Below, piece after piece: positions 1-9,087 of a stretch of DNA of 16,064 nt (within the stretch, counting starts at the first letter, position 1; every line of letters starts with the position of its first letter). The notes below the pieces were generated by a model. It ran no database searches. It worked only from the letters and a program-made list of their open reading frames with translations, and had not been told where the DNA came from. This DNA is from Candidatus Hadarchaeales archaeon (lineage in GTDB: Archaea > Hadarchaeota > Hadarchaeia > Hadarchaeales > Hadarchaeaceae). The DNA lies in assembly GCA_038851565.1 (NCBI GenBank), contig JAWCKV010000022.1, positions 1 to 16,064 on the forward strand. Direction: 5' to 3'. Both the position numbers and the translations under genes were made by a program.

Positions 1-351
1 GTTTATCCTGTACACGCACTTCCCGGATCTGTTCACCCACCTGGACACGACGACCTCCTTATTCGCGATCGGTATCTTGCCGTCCTCGTTGTTGAAGTGG
101 ATTGAAACCTCGGCAAAGGGCGCGGGACGCTGTCCGTCCCCTCCCCTGAAGAGAAGGTCTGAGAACCTCTCGGCCCTCATGGTCTTAGCGCTCATCTCCC
201 CCAGAACGAAGCAGAGCGCGTCCATGATGTTGCTCTTTCCGTTCCCGTTTGGCCCTATGATCGCGGTCAGTCCCCTAGAGAGAGGTATCGTGACCTTGGA
301 GTTCCCAAACGACTTGAAACCCCTCATCTCAATTTTCGATATGTACGGCAC
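1..351 (-). CDS. smc: Chromosome segregation protein SMC, N-terminal part (runs off the window start)
   Basis: Not in the ORF track. Manual minus-strand translation from GTG at 351 gives MPYISKIEMRGFKSFGNSKVTIPLSRGLTAIIGPNGNGKSNIMDALCFVLGEMSAKTMRAERFSDLLF...AEVSIHFNN..., with the GFKSF motif and Walker A typical of the SMC head. The frame is open to base 1. Confidence 0.95.
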   Translation of the reverse strand, partial: MPYISKIEMRGFKSFGNSKVTIPLSRGLTAIIGPNGNGKSNIMDALCFVLGEMSAKTMRAERFSDLLFRGGDGQRPAPFAEVSIHFNNEDGKIPIANKEVVVSRWVNRSGKCVYRIN

Positions 352-484
352 GTTTTGACCCCGGGCGAGCTATTCACCCCTGCCTCCCCGGAACGTGCCT
401 CCGATAAACTTCTGTCACATGTACCTTAAATTTCTTTCTGAGAAAGAACTCATTTAAGCCGTGGAAGATATATCTACGGAAAAC

Positions 485-1294
485 ATGGGCAGGACTAGAA
501 TTCCAGTTCACAGGATCCCGGGAGTATCGAGGCTCCTCTCGATCGCCAAGAGGTACTACGAGCAGCAGCTCCTCTACGACATAGCGGGCGCGGGGAGGAT
601 ACCTGAGCACATCGCGATAATACTGGATGGAAACAGGAGATACGCGAGGGATGCGGGCCTTGATCCACTCCATGGCTACCTTCTGGGGGCGAGGAAGCTC
701 GAGGAGGTGCTGGAGTGGTGCCAGGAGCTCGGGATAAAGCACGTCACGGTATACGCGTTTTCCACGGAGAACTTCGAGAGGTCTGAGGGGGAGGTGAACC
801 TCCTCATGGACCTGTTCCGCCGGAAGTTCTGCGAGGCAGCAAGGGATCCCAGGATCCACAGGTACAGGATAAGGATAAGGGCGATAGGGGACCTGAACAG
901 GCTACCTGAGAGCGTCAGGAAGGCCATACTTGAGGCTGAAAGCGCCACGGAAGGATACAACGGACACACCCTGAACCTGGCGGTTGGATACGGCGGAAGG
1001 ACAGAGCTGGCACAGGCGGTCAGGAGGATATGCGAGAGGATAGAGAGGGGGGAGCTGAAGCCCGAGCAGGTGGACGAGGAGCTTATAGGCAAACACCTCT
1101 ACACCTCCGATCTCCCTGATCCTGACCTGGTCATACGAACGAGCGGTGAGGAGAGGCTGAGCGGGTTCCTGCTCTGGCAGTCCGCATACAGCGAGCTTTA
1201 CTTCTGCGAGGCGAACTGGCCAGAGTTCACAAAGCTGGACTTCCTGAGGGCCATCAGGACGTATCAGAACAGGGAGAGGAGGTTCGGAAGGTGA
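485..1294 (+). CDS. uppS: cis-prenyltransferase (undecaprenyl/polyprenyl diphosphate synthase)
   Basis: Motifs HIAIILDGNRRYA, YAFSTENFERS, YGGR and DPDLVIRTSGEERLSGFLLWQSAYSEL. ATG 485 is preferred because TTTAAG lies about 27 nt upstream; GTG 461 is an alternative start. Confidence 0.95.
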   Translation: MGRTRIPVHRIPGVSRLLSIAKRYYEQQLLYDIAGAGRIPEHIAIILDGNRRYARDAGLDPLHGYLLGARKLEEVLEWCQELGIKHVTVYAFSTENFERSEGEVNLLMDLFRRKFCEAARDPRIHRYRIRIRAIGDLNRLPESVRKAILEAESATEGYNGHTLNLAVGYGGRTELAQAVRRICERIERGELKPEQVDEELIGKHLYTSDLPDPDLVIRTSGEERLSGFLLWQSAYSELYFCEANWPEFTKLDFLRAIRTYQNRERRFGR

Positions 1295-2100
1295 GTCCAT
1301 CGGCTGAAGTGGCGATCATAGGCGGCTCGGGGCTCTACTCGCTGGAGTCGCTGGAGGGCGCGAGAAGGGTATCCGTGGGCACACCATATGGAATTGTAAA
1401 GGATGTGCTGGTCGGCGGGATATCGGGGAAGAAGGTCGCCTTCCTGCCCAGGCACGGAAGGGGGCACACGGTTCCTCCGCACCTGGTGAACTACAGGGGA
1501 AACATATGGGCGCTGAGGAGGCTTGGGGTGGAGAGGGTGCTGGCCGCCACCAGCTGCGGCTCCATGAATCCGAGGATCAAACCAGGGGACCTCGCAATTC
1601 TCTCTCAGTTCATCGATTTCACGAGGTGCAGGCCCAGCACCTTCCACGAGGGGGGAAGGTCAGGGGTCGCACATGTCGACATGACCGAGCCCTACTGTCC
1701 TGACCTCAGGGGGCGGCTGCTCCAGGCTGCCAGAAAACTGCACCTGAGGGCGCACGGGGATGTCGTCTACGCGTGCACCGAGGGACCGAGGTTTGAAACC
1801 CCTGCGGAGATAAGGGCAATGAGGATGCTCGGCGCGGATGTGGTGGGGATGACCAACGTCCCAGAGTGCGTGCTGGCGAGGGAAGCTGAAATGTGCTACG
1901 CTGCTGTGGGGATAGTGACAAACTTCGCTGCCGGGATCTCGGAGAGGAAGCTCACGTACGATGAGGTAGTTGAGGTTGTCCGAAAGAGCGCAGATATCAT
2001 ACAGAGAATTTTCGGAGAGGTGATCCAGGAGCTGACTGGCGAGAGGAGCTGCGTGTGCGGAAAGGCGATGGAGGGGGCCAGGGCTCACTCCCCCTCGTAG
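1291..2100 (+). CDS. mtnP: S-methyl-5'-thioadenosine/thioinosine phosphorylase
   Basis: Motifs IIGGSG, FLPRHG..H..PPH.VNYRGNI, EGPRFETPAE, DVVGMT..PE..LARE and VTN. GTGA overlap with the uppS stop. Confidence 0.92.
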   Translation: MSPSAEVAIIGGSGLYSLESLEGARRVSVGTPYGIVKDVLVGGISGKKVAFLPRHGRGHTVPPHLVNYRGNIWALRRLGVERVLAATSCGSMNPRIKPGDLAILSQFIDFTRCRPSTFHEGGRSGVAHVDMTEPYCPDLRGRLLQAARKLHLRAHGDVVYACTEGPRFETPAEIRAMRMLGADVVGMTNVPECVLAREAEMCYAAVGIVTNFAAGISERKLTYDEVVEVVRKSADIIQRIFGEVIQELTGERSCVCGKAMEGARAHSPS

Positions 2101-2339
2101 GTCTCTTCCTCCTCAACCTCGGGCGGCTCGAGTTCAAACTCCTGTTCGATAAGCCTCTTCTTTTTCTTGTCCTCCGTTATGACCGCGACCTCTTTGGGCT
2201 CCTTACACTTCTCGCTTATCCTGTAGGACGAAGGCCTCTTCACCTTTCCCCTGTATCCGCACCTGGGACAAACGAGCTTTCTGGAGCGCCCGACCTTAGT
2301 CGGCATCAACACCGTCCCGCACTTCGGACAGAACTCCAC
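2085..2339 (-). CDS. RpoM/TFS-like protein with the N-terminal Zn ribbon only and an acidic tail
   Basis: (M)EFCPKCGTVLMP...LVCPRCGY matches the N-terminal Zn ribbon of TFS/RPB9. GTG at 2339 is preceded by an AGGTGA Shine-Dalgarno-like site, so it is preferred over the track start at 2387. Confidence 0.75.
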   Translation of the reverse strand: MEFCPKCGTVLMPTKVGRSRKLVCPRCGYRGKVKRPSSYRISEKCKEPKEVAVITEDKKKKRLIEQEFELEPPEVEEEETYEGE

Positions 2340-2453
2340 GGGCTCACCTGACAAAAGAATAAAGGCTCTCCGGACCCTTATAAGCATATCGAGCGTGCGG
2401 ATGACCGGTTACTCTACTTATTTTAGCGTGAAGATATGTGATTTTGGGATACC

Positions 2454-3911
2454 ATGTACCTGCTGCTGGGCTTCACAGACATCGCATACTCCGTCGGAAG
2501 GATGCTGAAGGAGAGGGGCATGGATGTTGTGGTCGTCCAGGAGGACCCAAAAAACAGCGAGCGGATAAAGCTCATGGGATTCAGAACCGTGCTGGGGGAT
2601 CCGTCATCGGTTGCCACGCTTGAGGAGGCATCTTTCAGAGACGCCGAGGCCGTCATGGTGGCTGAGGGGAACCGTGCGAGGAGGGAAGCCATATTGAGGT
2701 CGGTTGACGCTCTCAAGAGGAGAATGGAAAATGAACAATTCATCATAGTCCTGACCACAGATGAATCAGAGGTTCGGGAATGCCTGAGACTTGGCGCTAA
2801 TGAGGCTGTGAGCATGACAGAGGTGACCGCGGAGCAGCTCGTGGGGCGGATGGAGAGGGCAAGGCAGGTGGTCAATGAGAAAAAACTGCGCAAGATCCTC
2901 AAGACGCGGATGAGGGAAAATCCCGGTGAGATGGCCATCGTCATTCAGACCAACCCTGACCCGGACGGCATAGCAAGCGCCGCAGCGCTCAAGCTCTACG
3001 CAAAATCGTTCGGGGTGGATTCAAGAATAGTATACGACGGAGTAATAGGACACCTCCAGAACAGGGCGCTTGTGAACCTGCTCGGGCTGGAGCTGCTGGA
3101 GGCCGAAAACGTGGACTTTAACAGGTTTTCCACGTTCGCCCTTGTGGACGTGGCAAGCAAAAGCCACTGCTGTCTTCCCAGGGACATAATCCCAACCATA
3201 GTGATAGACCACCACGCCGTTCCCGCGGGCGACATCGGGGCGGTACACGAGGACATAACTCCGGTCGGAGCGGCATCCACCCTCATGACGAACTACCTGA
3301 GGAGCGCGGGGATAGAGATAGACAGGGCAACCGCGGCCGCCCTGATGCTGGGGATACTGACGGATACAATGAACCTGAGCAGGGGAACGACCCCCCAGGA
3401 CTTCGAGGCCCTGATGTACCTCCAGAGGATAGCGGATCCGGAGATCCTGAGAAAGCTGATCGAGCCACCGATCTCCTCTGAGACGCTCGACGCCATCGCA
3501 AAGGGTATCAAGGCAGGGAAGCTGAAGGGCAACTGCCTGACGTCCTACATAGGCGTTGTTTTAAACAGGGACATCATCGCACAGGTGGCAGACTTCCTCC
3601 TGAACAGGGAGGGCGTGACCACCTCCTTCGTTTACGGAATATGCGGGGAGAACATCTACGCATCGGCGAGAACGAAGGACCCTGCCCTGAACCTGGGGCA
3701 GATCCTCAGGACGGCGTTCGGAGAAAAGTACGCCGGCGGGCATCCGCACATGGCCGGCGCCACTCTGCCGGCGAGGCTCCTCAGGGTGGGCCAGTCCACC
3801 ACCGGAAGCAGGATGCACTCCCTGATAGCAAAGCGTTTCCTCGAGACCATTGGGGTGATAAAGCCCTCCAGAAGGGGCAGGCGTTCCGGTGCTCTTCCAT
3901 GGGGTGCCTAG
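2454..3911 (+). CDS. TrkA-N/RCK domain fused to a DHH/DHHA1 phosphoesterase
   Basis: N-terminal Rossmann-like segment (VVVVQED...VLGDPS...LEEA) followed by DHH motifs NPDPD, VD, IDHH, GILTDT, SAR and AGGH..AG. Confidence 0.88.
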   Translation: MYLLLGFTDIAYSVGRMLKERGMDVVVVQEDPKNSERIKLMGFRTVLGDPSSVATLEEASFRDAEAVMVAEGNRARREAILRSVDALKRRMENEQFIIVLTTDESEVRECLRLGANEAVSMTEVTAEQLVGRMERARQVVNEKKLRKILKTRMRENPGEMAIVIQTNPDPDGIASAAALKLYAKSFGVDSRIVYDGVIGHLQNRALVNLLGLELLEAENVDFNRFSTFALVDVASKSHCCLPRDIIPTIVIDHHAVPAGDIGAVHEDITPVGAASTLMTNYLRSAGIEIDRATAAALMLGILTDTMNLSRGTTPQDFEALMYLQRIADPEILRKLIEPPISSETLDAIAKGIKAGKLKGNCLTSYIGVVLNRDIIAQVADFLLNREGVTTSFVYGICGENIYASARTKDPALNLGQILRTAFGEKYAGGHPHMAGATLPARLLRVGQSTTGSRMHSLIAKRFLETIGVIKPSRRGRRSGALPWGA

Positions 3912-4723
3912 CCGAGGCGCTCCGGAACGTTCTATCGGACAGGGAGCTGAGCCTTCTTCCTGGCGGCTTCGACCGCATAGGTCACGTGGCAGTGATCTCC
4001 CTTGCGGGGGAACTGCTCCCAAGGTCCCAGGAGATCGCTGGAGCCCTTCTTAGGATGGGCGGAATAAGGACCGTCATGCTGCGGGAGAGGGGCGTATCGG
4101 GGAGAACCAGGTCTCCGGGGCTAAAATTTCTGGCGGGCGATCCAAACACGGAGACCCTGCACAGGGAAAACGGATGCCTGTTCAAGCTCGACGTGGGGAA
4201 GGTGATGTTCTCCACGGGAAACCAGCACGAGAGGGCTAGGATCGCGAAACTCGTCCAGAGGGGGGAGGTTGTCCTCGACATGTTTGCAGGCGTGGGGCAG
4301 TTCACAATACCAATAGCGAGGCTCTCCGAGGCTGCCGTGGTTTACTCTACTGAGATAAACCCGGTCGCATTTCACTACCTGTGCGAAAACGTGCGCATGA
4401 ACAGGGTGGGGCACAGGGTGAGGCCGATCCTGGGGGACTGCGCGCGCGAGGCGCCGAAGGGAATGGCAGACAGGGTGGTCATGGGAATACTTCACGTTTC
4501 ACAGGCATATATCAGGCACGCGATCGAGGCGCTTAAGCCCGCGGGCGGGATAATTCACTACCATGAGAGCGTGCCCTCCAGAATCAGGTTTGAGAGGCCG
4601 GTGAGGAACCTGATGAGCGCGGCGGGAGGACGTGAGATAGAAATACTGGGAAGGAGGGTGGTGAAGAGGTACGCGCCCGGGGTCGATCACGTTGTTATAG
4701 ATGTAAGGGTTGGAAGGAGGTGA
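3899..4723 (+). CDS. taw2: tRNA(Phe) wyosine aminocarboxypropyltransferase Taw2 (Trm5/TYW2 family)
   Basis: Motifs RIGHV, HRENGC.FKLDV.KVMFS.GN..ER, DMFAGVG.F, DRVVMG (rather than the Trm5 NLP motif), IIHYH and KRYAPGV.HVV.D. The likely start is ATG 3899; the track's upstream 86 aa overlap the DHH gene. Confidence 0.8.
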   Translation: MGCLAEALRNVLSDRELSLLPGGFDRIGHVAVISLAGELLPRSQEIAGALLRMGGIRTVMLRERGVSGRTRSPGLKFLAGDPNTETLHRENGCLFKLDVGKVMFSTGNQHERARIAKLVQRGEVVLDMFAGVGQFTIPIARLSEAAVVYSTEINPVAFHYLCENVRMNRVGHRVRPILGDCAREAPKGMADRVVMGILHVSQAYIRHAIEALKPAGGIIHYHESVPSRIRFERPVRNLMSAAGGREIEILGRRVVKRYAPGVDHVVIDVRVGRR

Positions 4724-5217
4724 AACACACGAAGGGACTGGTGGAACCCAGCAGAAAGGAGCTGGCAAAGCTCAGGGCGATGGCGGATTACCTGTTTGAG
4801 AAGGGGGCGGGGATGTCCCTGTTTCCAGACCGCGTGAGGCTGGTCAAGAGCAGCGGAAGAATAAGGCAGGTCTGGCTTGACGGAGAGCCTCTCTGCGCCA
4901 TAAGGGCAAACGACGGATTCATCGTGCTAAACAGGAAGGGAGCGGAGATGCTTCACTCCGCAGTCAGGGCGCCAAGACTTCGGGTGGTGGTAAGCGATGA
5001 CGCCGCCCCCTTCGTGGCGTCCGGGAAAACTGTGTTCGCGGGACATGTCTTGAGCGCAGACCCGGAGATAAGGCCGGGCGAGGAGGTTCTGGTGGTCAAC
5101 GGCAGGGACGAGCTGCTGGCCAGCGGAACCGCTTTATTATCTGGGGAGGAGATGTCAGCGTTCAGACACGGGGTGGCCGTGAAGGTGAGAAGGGGGATGA
5201 AAAGGGAGGGCAAATAG
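4720..5217 (+). CDS. PUA-domain protein resembling the C-terminal C2/PUA part of archaeosine tRNA-guanine transglycosylase
   Basis: LRAMADYLF...GRIRQV...IRANDGF, then RVVV..DAAPFV..GKTVFA.HV...DPEIRPGEEVLVV...LLA.G.A.LSG.EM....GVAVKVRRG. GTGA overlap with taw2. Confidence 0.85.
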   Translation: MKHTKGLVEPSRKELAKLRAMADYLFEKGAGMSLFPDRVRLVKSSGRIRQVWLDGEPLCAIRANDGFIVLNRKGAEMLHSAVRAPRLRVVVSDDAAPFVASGKTVFAGHVLSADPEIRPGEEVLVVNGRDELLASGTALLSGEEMSAFRHGVAVKVRRGMKREGK

Positions 5218-5577
5218 ATGTTTCCAAAACATGTGGACAGAAGGCAGATGGAGAGGCTGATGAGGCAGATGGGGATAAAGACCGTGGAGATGGAGGGAGT
5301 TGAGGAGGTCGTGATAAGGCTCCCGGACAGGGAGATAGTGATCCCCAACGCCGGGGTGACGATCACCGAGATGGGCGGTCAGAGGATATATCAGGTCATG
5401 GGAAAGGAGCAGGAGAGAAAGCGCGAGTACTCGCCGTCCGAGGATGATGTGAGGATGGTGATGGAGCAGGCGGGCGTGGACAGAGAGGCAGCGCTGAGGG
5501 CGCTGACGGAGACGAAAGGAGATCTGGCTGAGGCCATCATAAGGCTGAAGGGCCTTGGGACCAGCCCAGCTCCCTGA
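5218..5577 (+). CDS. nac: Nascent polypeptide-associated complex protein (archaeal NAC)
   Basis: RQM.RLM.QMGI...GVEEVVI...YQV NAC domain plus the UBA-like tail EDDV.MV.EQAGV..E.A..AL....GDLAEAI. Confidence 0.95.
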   Translation: MFPKHVDRRQMERLMRQMGIKTVEMEGVEEVVIRLPDREIVIPNAGVTITEMGGQRIYQVMGKEQERKREYSPSEDDVRMVMEQAGVDREAALRALTETKGDLAEAIIRLKGLGTSPAP

Positions 5578-6355
5578 AAAGGGCGCTCCTGAGCTCCGCA
5601 AACAGCTTCCCGTCACCCCTGATCTCCGTTTTCCCCACTGCGGTCACCTGTGATATGCCCATGAGGGAATTCGTGAGAAAGACGGCATTCGCTGAAAGGA
5701 GGTCCCTGAGCGAGAAACGTCCCTCGACCACCCTCAGACCACATCTGCCGGCGATCGAGATGAGGGCCTCGCGGGTTATCCCCGGGAGGATGCCGCACTC
5801 CAGGGCGGGGGTTAAGAGCCTGTCCCCCTTCGCCCAGAAGACATTGCTCGCCGCTCCCTCCGCGACCTCGCCCCTCTCGTTCAGGAATATCGCCTCATCA
5901 AACCCAAGTGCCGCTGCAGCCCTCCTGGCAACCACGTTCTCCAGATAGTTTGTCGTCTTGAACCTCAGAAGCGGAGAGGATGAATGGCGCCTGAAGTTGG
6001 AAATACAGCACCTCATCTCCGCCCTGGGTTGCACGTACTTTCCAACCACCACTAGAAGCTCACCCCTGCCGGGAGCTGATGCAAATCCAATATCCCCACA
6101 AGACAGGAGAGAGATCTTAACGTACGCATCGCCAATGCCCGATTTCCTCACACACCTTGAAGTGACCTGAATGATCCTTCTTTCCCCCGGGAAGGGAATT
6201 CCGAGGAACTCCGCCCCGCGCCTCATCCTCTCGATGTGCCTTGAGAGGAACACCGGCGGCTTCCCATTCCACCTGAAGGTCTCGAAGAGGCCTTCCCCGT
6301 ACAGGAGCGTTCTGGACGGACTTCCTATGCCGCCCCGCGAGGACACGAACCTCAA
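5537..6355 (-). CDS. pabC: Aminotransferase class IV, probable aminodeoxychorismate lyase (PabC-like)
   Basis: Motifs YGEGLFET, H..R, KTTNYLEN, EG..SNVF, GILPGITR and LTNS. Translationally coupled to the pabB-like gene. Confidence 0.78.
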   Translation of the reverse strand: MRFVSSRGGIGSPSRTLLYGEGLFETFRWNGKPPVFLSRHIERMRRGAEFLGIPFPGERRIIQVTSRCVRKSGIGDAYVKISLLSCGDIGFASAPGRGELLVVVGKYVQPRAEMRCCISNFRRHSSSPLLRFKTTNYLENVVARRAAAALGFDEAIFLNERGEVAEGAASNVFWAKGDRLLTPALECGILPGITREALISIAGRCGLRVVEGRFSLRDLLSANAVFLTNSLMGISQVTAVGKTEIRGDGKLFAELRSALFRELGWSQGPSAL

Positions 6356-7554
6356 TCCAGCTCAGCCCCCATCGCCCTGGACACCGCCCTGGCCTTCACA
6401 AGCGTCTCACGATATTCCATCTCAGGCACCGACCCCCAGGTTATCCCTCCTCCCGCCCAGTAGTATCCCGTCCCACCGTGATACCCCACCACCCTTATCC
6501 CCACGCTCAACACAAAGTCCCCCTCAGGCATGAAAAGTCCTATCGCGCCGCAGTAGGGACCCCTCCTGTGCGGCTCGAGCTCCTCTATTATCTCGAGCGC
6601 CCTGACCTTCGGGGCGCCGGTGACAGATCCGGGAGGAAACGTGGCCCTGATGATCTCCCCCGGAGAAACGCCCTCCCTCACCCTGCCGGATACCTCCGAG
6701 ACCATCTGGTGAAGCGTGGAGTAAGTCTCCACGTCAAAGAGCCTGTTTACCACAACGGTCCCGAACTCGCACACCCTTCCGATGTCGTTCCTCATCAGAT
6801 CCACTATCATCAGGTTCTCCGCCCTCTCCTTCTCGCTGCGCATCAGCTCCCCGCGCATCCTCTCGTCCTCCCCAGCGTTTTCGCCCCTGGGCCTCGTGCC
6901 CTTTATCGGACAGCTCGTGAGCACTCTTCCAGATTTCCTGAGAAAGAGCTCCATGGAACCGCTTATCAGGCCAAAGTCCCCGAAATCCATGCAGCAGGCG
7001 AAGGGCACGGGCTGTGAGGAGTAGAGCCTACGCAGAAAGACCTCAGGGCTCCATCTGAAGGGGAACTTGAACATCTGGGAGATGTTCACCTGATAGACAT
7101 CGCCCGCCCTTATGTGCTCCCTTACTGCATCGACCATGAACATGAACCGCCCTGGATCCATCATCCTGGTCATCCTGCTCCCGGCTTCCGGTTCTATGAC
7201 ATCGCCATCCAGCACCTCCTCCTGGGAGGCCTCCCTGAAAGACCTGTAGAGGGCAAAGGATGCCTCTGGAAAACAGCTCGGCTGCTTGGGCCTTGAACGG
7301 AAATCCGGCAGCAGGCCATGGAAGAACTCGTAGCTTAGGAATCCCACGCCAAAGTATCCCCTGTCAAGCTCCCTGTCCAGGAGGTCAAGAAATTCTCCCG
7401 CGCTGCTGGGCCTCTCCCCTCCCTCCGTTCGCACCCTTCCACCGCTGAACCTCAGCACACGATCCGGCCTCTCGAAGACAGCAGCCCGCCCGCTCCCAAG
7501 CCAGCCCGAACCGAGCAGGATCGCCCGGACCCCGTCCACAGGCTCTGCACGCAT
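6352..7554 (-). CDS. pabB: Chorismate-binding enzyme, probable aminodeoxychorismate synthase component I (PabB/TrpE family)
   Basis: Motifs [45 protein letters not shown] and GGGITW.S....EY.E...K. PIKGT and the PabC neighbour favour PabB over TrpE. Confidence 0.82.
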   Translation of the reverse strand: MRAEPVDGVRAILLGSGWLGSGRAAVFERPDRVLRFSGGRVRTEGGERPSSAGEFLDLLDRELDRGYFGVGFLSYEFFHGLLPDFRSRPKQPSCFPEASFALYRSFREASQEEVLDGDVIEPEAGSRMTRMMDPGRFMFMVDAVREHIRAGDVYQVNISQMFKFPFRWSPEVFLRRLYSSQPVPFACCMDFGDFGLISGSMELFLRKSGRVLTSCPIKGTRPRGENAGEDERMRGELMRSEKERAENLMIVDLMRNDIGRVCEFGTVVVNRLFDVETYSTLHQMVSEVSGRVREGVSPGEIIRATFPPGSVTGAPKVRALEIIEELEPHRRGPYCGAIGLFMPEGDFVLSVGIRVVGYHGGTGYYWAGGGITWGSVPEMEYRETLVKARAVSRAMGAELD

Positions 7555-7569
7555 GGGGTTCCCAAAAAA

Positions 7570-7788
7570 TCAGCGCGTCAGGAGGTATATGAGGATTGAG
7601 ACAAGGGAGAGAATGATCAGGAAAGGCGAGGTCACGAAGTAGAAGCCATCGCTGCTGTACACGTATATCAGCCACGAGGGGACTCCCGAGAGATCCACGT
7701 ACCTTCCTATGATCGGCACGAGCACGAAGGCGATGCCTAGCAGGATGAGGAACATCCCCAGCGTGAAGAAGGGATGAACCGTCTCCAT
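7570..7788 (-). CDS. Small membrane protein with two predicted TM helices, function unknown
   Basis: 72 aa with two hydrophobic stretches. Its ATG directly follows the stop of the B3/4 gene. Confidence 0.75.
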   Translation of the reverse strand: METVHPFFTLGMFLILLGIAFVLVPIIGRYVDLSGVPSWLIYVYSSDGFYFVTSPFLIILSLVSILIYLLTR

Positions 7789-8451
7789 CTACAGTACCTC
7801 AACCTTCTCCACGTGTCCGCCGCAGTACCTTCTCGCGTACGTGGCTGAGGTGTTGAGCGCGGCCAGAAGCCTCTCCCCGTCCACCCCGGGGGCGTTCCAT
7901 GCCACCATCAGAGCGTTCGAGGTCTTCTGAGTAACCATGCAGGCCTTTGCGTCCCCAAGCGTGTATGCGGCGATCAGCTTCTGATCGTCCCTCAGCACGA
8001 CCTCGCCTGCCCTGGTGGTAACGCTCTTTCCCGATATGATCTGGAATGACTCCCCGCCCTGGGAGAGCGTGGTGACAGGCGTGCCCTTTATCCTCTCCAC
8101 GTCGTAGACGCCGACAGGGATCCATGTCTCAAGCGTGGCGAGGAGACAAGAGTCCACCAGGTTGTTTATGGCCGGGAACCTGTCGTCAAGCGCCCTCCTC
8201 AGCAGGTACTCGGGAGCCGGGCGGTAGCTCGATGGATCCGCCCCCATCCGCCTGAAGAATTCCCTGTACGCCGAGATCTCCGGGATTGAGCCAATGTCAA
8301 CTGATGAGTACTTTGCCTTTACCTCCCCAAAGACCTTCTCCTTTCTGTCGATAAGTCCCTCCACGGTTGGCTCTATCGTTATCCCGCTGACCAGCGCATA
8401 GCCCGCGGCGAAGCCGGGATATCTCTCCCTGACCTTCGGATCAAGCTTCAA
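7789..8451 (-). CDS. B3/4 domain protein (PheRS-beta-related tRNA editing family)
   Basis: Motifs AYREFF..MG.DPS.YRPA.E.L.RR, P.INNLVD, P.GVYD and GEVV.RD. A GGAGG site lies upstream of the TTG start. Confidence 0.88.
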   Translation of the reverse strand: MKLDPKVRERYPGFAAGYALVSGITIEPTVEGLIDRKEKVFGEVKAKYSSVDIGSIPEISAYREFFRRMGADPSSYRPAPEYLLRRALDDRFPAINNLVDSCLLATLETWIPVGVYDVERIKGTPVTTLSQGGESFQIISGKSVTTRAGEVVLRDDQKLIAAYTLGDAKACMVTQKTSNALMVAWNAPGVDGERLLAALNTSATYARRYCGGHVEKVEVL

Positions 8452-8514
8452 GCCACTACCTCCATTTTCAGATGAAGGTGATGTTATTTTAGCCTTCCGT
8501 GCCCACTATTTTCG

Positions 8515-9087
8515 ATGATCCCCCTACCACGGGAGTTCTACGAGAGAGATCCAGCGGCCGTGGCCCGGGAGCTCCTGGGCATGCTCCTTGTCCGCGAGGC
8601 CCCGGAGGGGAGGATGTCCGGAAAGATCGTTGAAACCGAGGCCTATTACGGAAGGGGGGATCCAGCATCCAGGGCCTCCAAGGGGATGACGAAGCTCAAC
8701 TGGCTCATGTGGGAGAGAGGCGGCCTTGCCTTCGTATATGCGGTGCATGGAAACTGGCTGCTGAACGTGACCGCGCAAGCGAGGGGGATCCCGGGCGCCG
8801 TGCTCATCAGGGCTTTGGAGCCCGTGGAGGGCGTGGAGCTCATGATGAGGAACAGGAGGGCTCCCTTCAGGCTTCTGACCTCCGGCCCGGGAAGGCTAAC
8901 AGAGGCGATGGGGATAACATCCGAACACAACAGAATTGATCTCACGGATGCTGACTCGGAGCTAAAGATCCTTAAAACCGAACACGGGGCGCTGAGGATT
9001 GGCAGGTCGCACAGGATCGGGATCAGGGTGGACCTGAGGAGGAAGCTCAGGTTCTTCGTGGAGGAAAACCCACATGTCTCCAGATGA
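8515..9087 (+). CDS. DNA-3-methyladenine glycosylase (AAG/MPG family)
   Basis: Motifs VARELLG..L, G.IVETEAY, D.AS, YAVHG, LNV, GAVLIRALEP, LTSGPGRL..AMGI and RIGI. Confidence 0.93.
   Translation: MIPLPREFYERDPAAVARELLGMLLVREAPEGRMSGKIVETEAYYGRGDPASRASKGMTKLNWLMWERGGLAFVYAVHGNWLLNVTAQARGIPGAVLIRALEPVEGVELMMRNRRAPFRLLTSGPGRLTEAMGITSEHNRIDLTDADSELKILKTEHGALRIGRSHRIGIRVDLRRKLRFFVEENPHVSR

Noticed and set aside
232..255. SMC Walker A variant GPNGNGKS instead of GPNGSGKS
   Set aside because: It still fits GxxGxGKS, and a single change at a variable position is not evidence of altered function.
77..358. 93-aa plus-strand ORF
   Set aside because: It is the antisense shadow of the smc 5' end.
3641..3898. 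N-terminal extension of the Taw2 ORF in the track
   Set aside because: It overlaps the DHH gene in another frame, and family similarity begins only at about ATG 3899.
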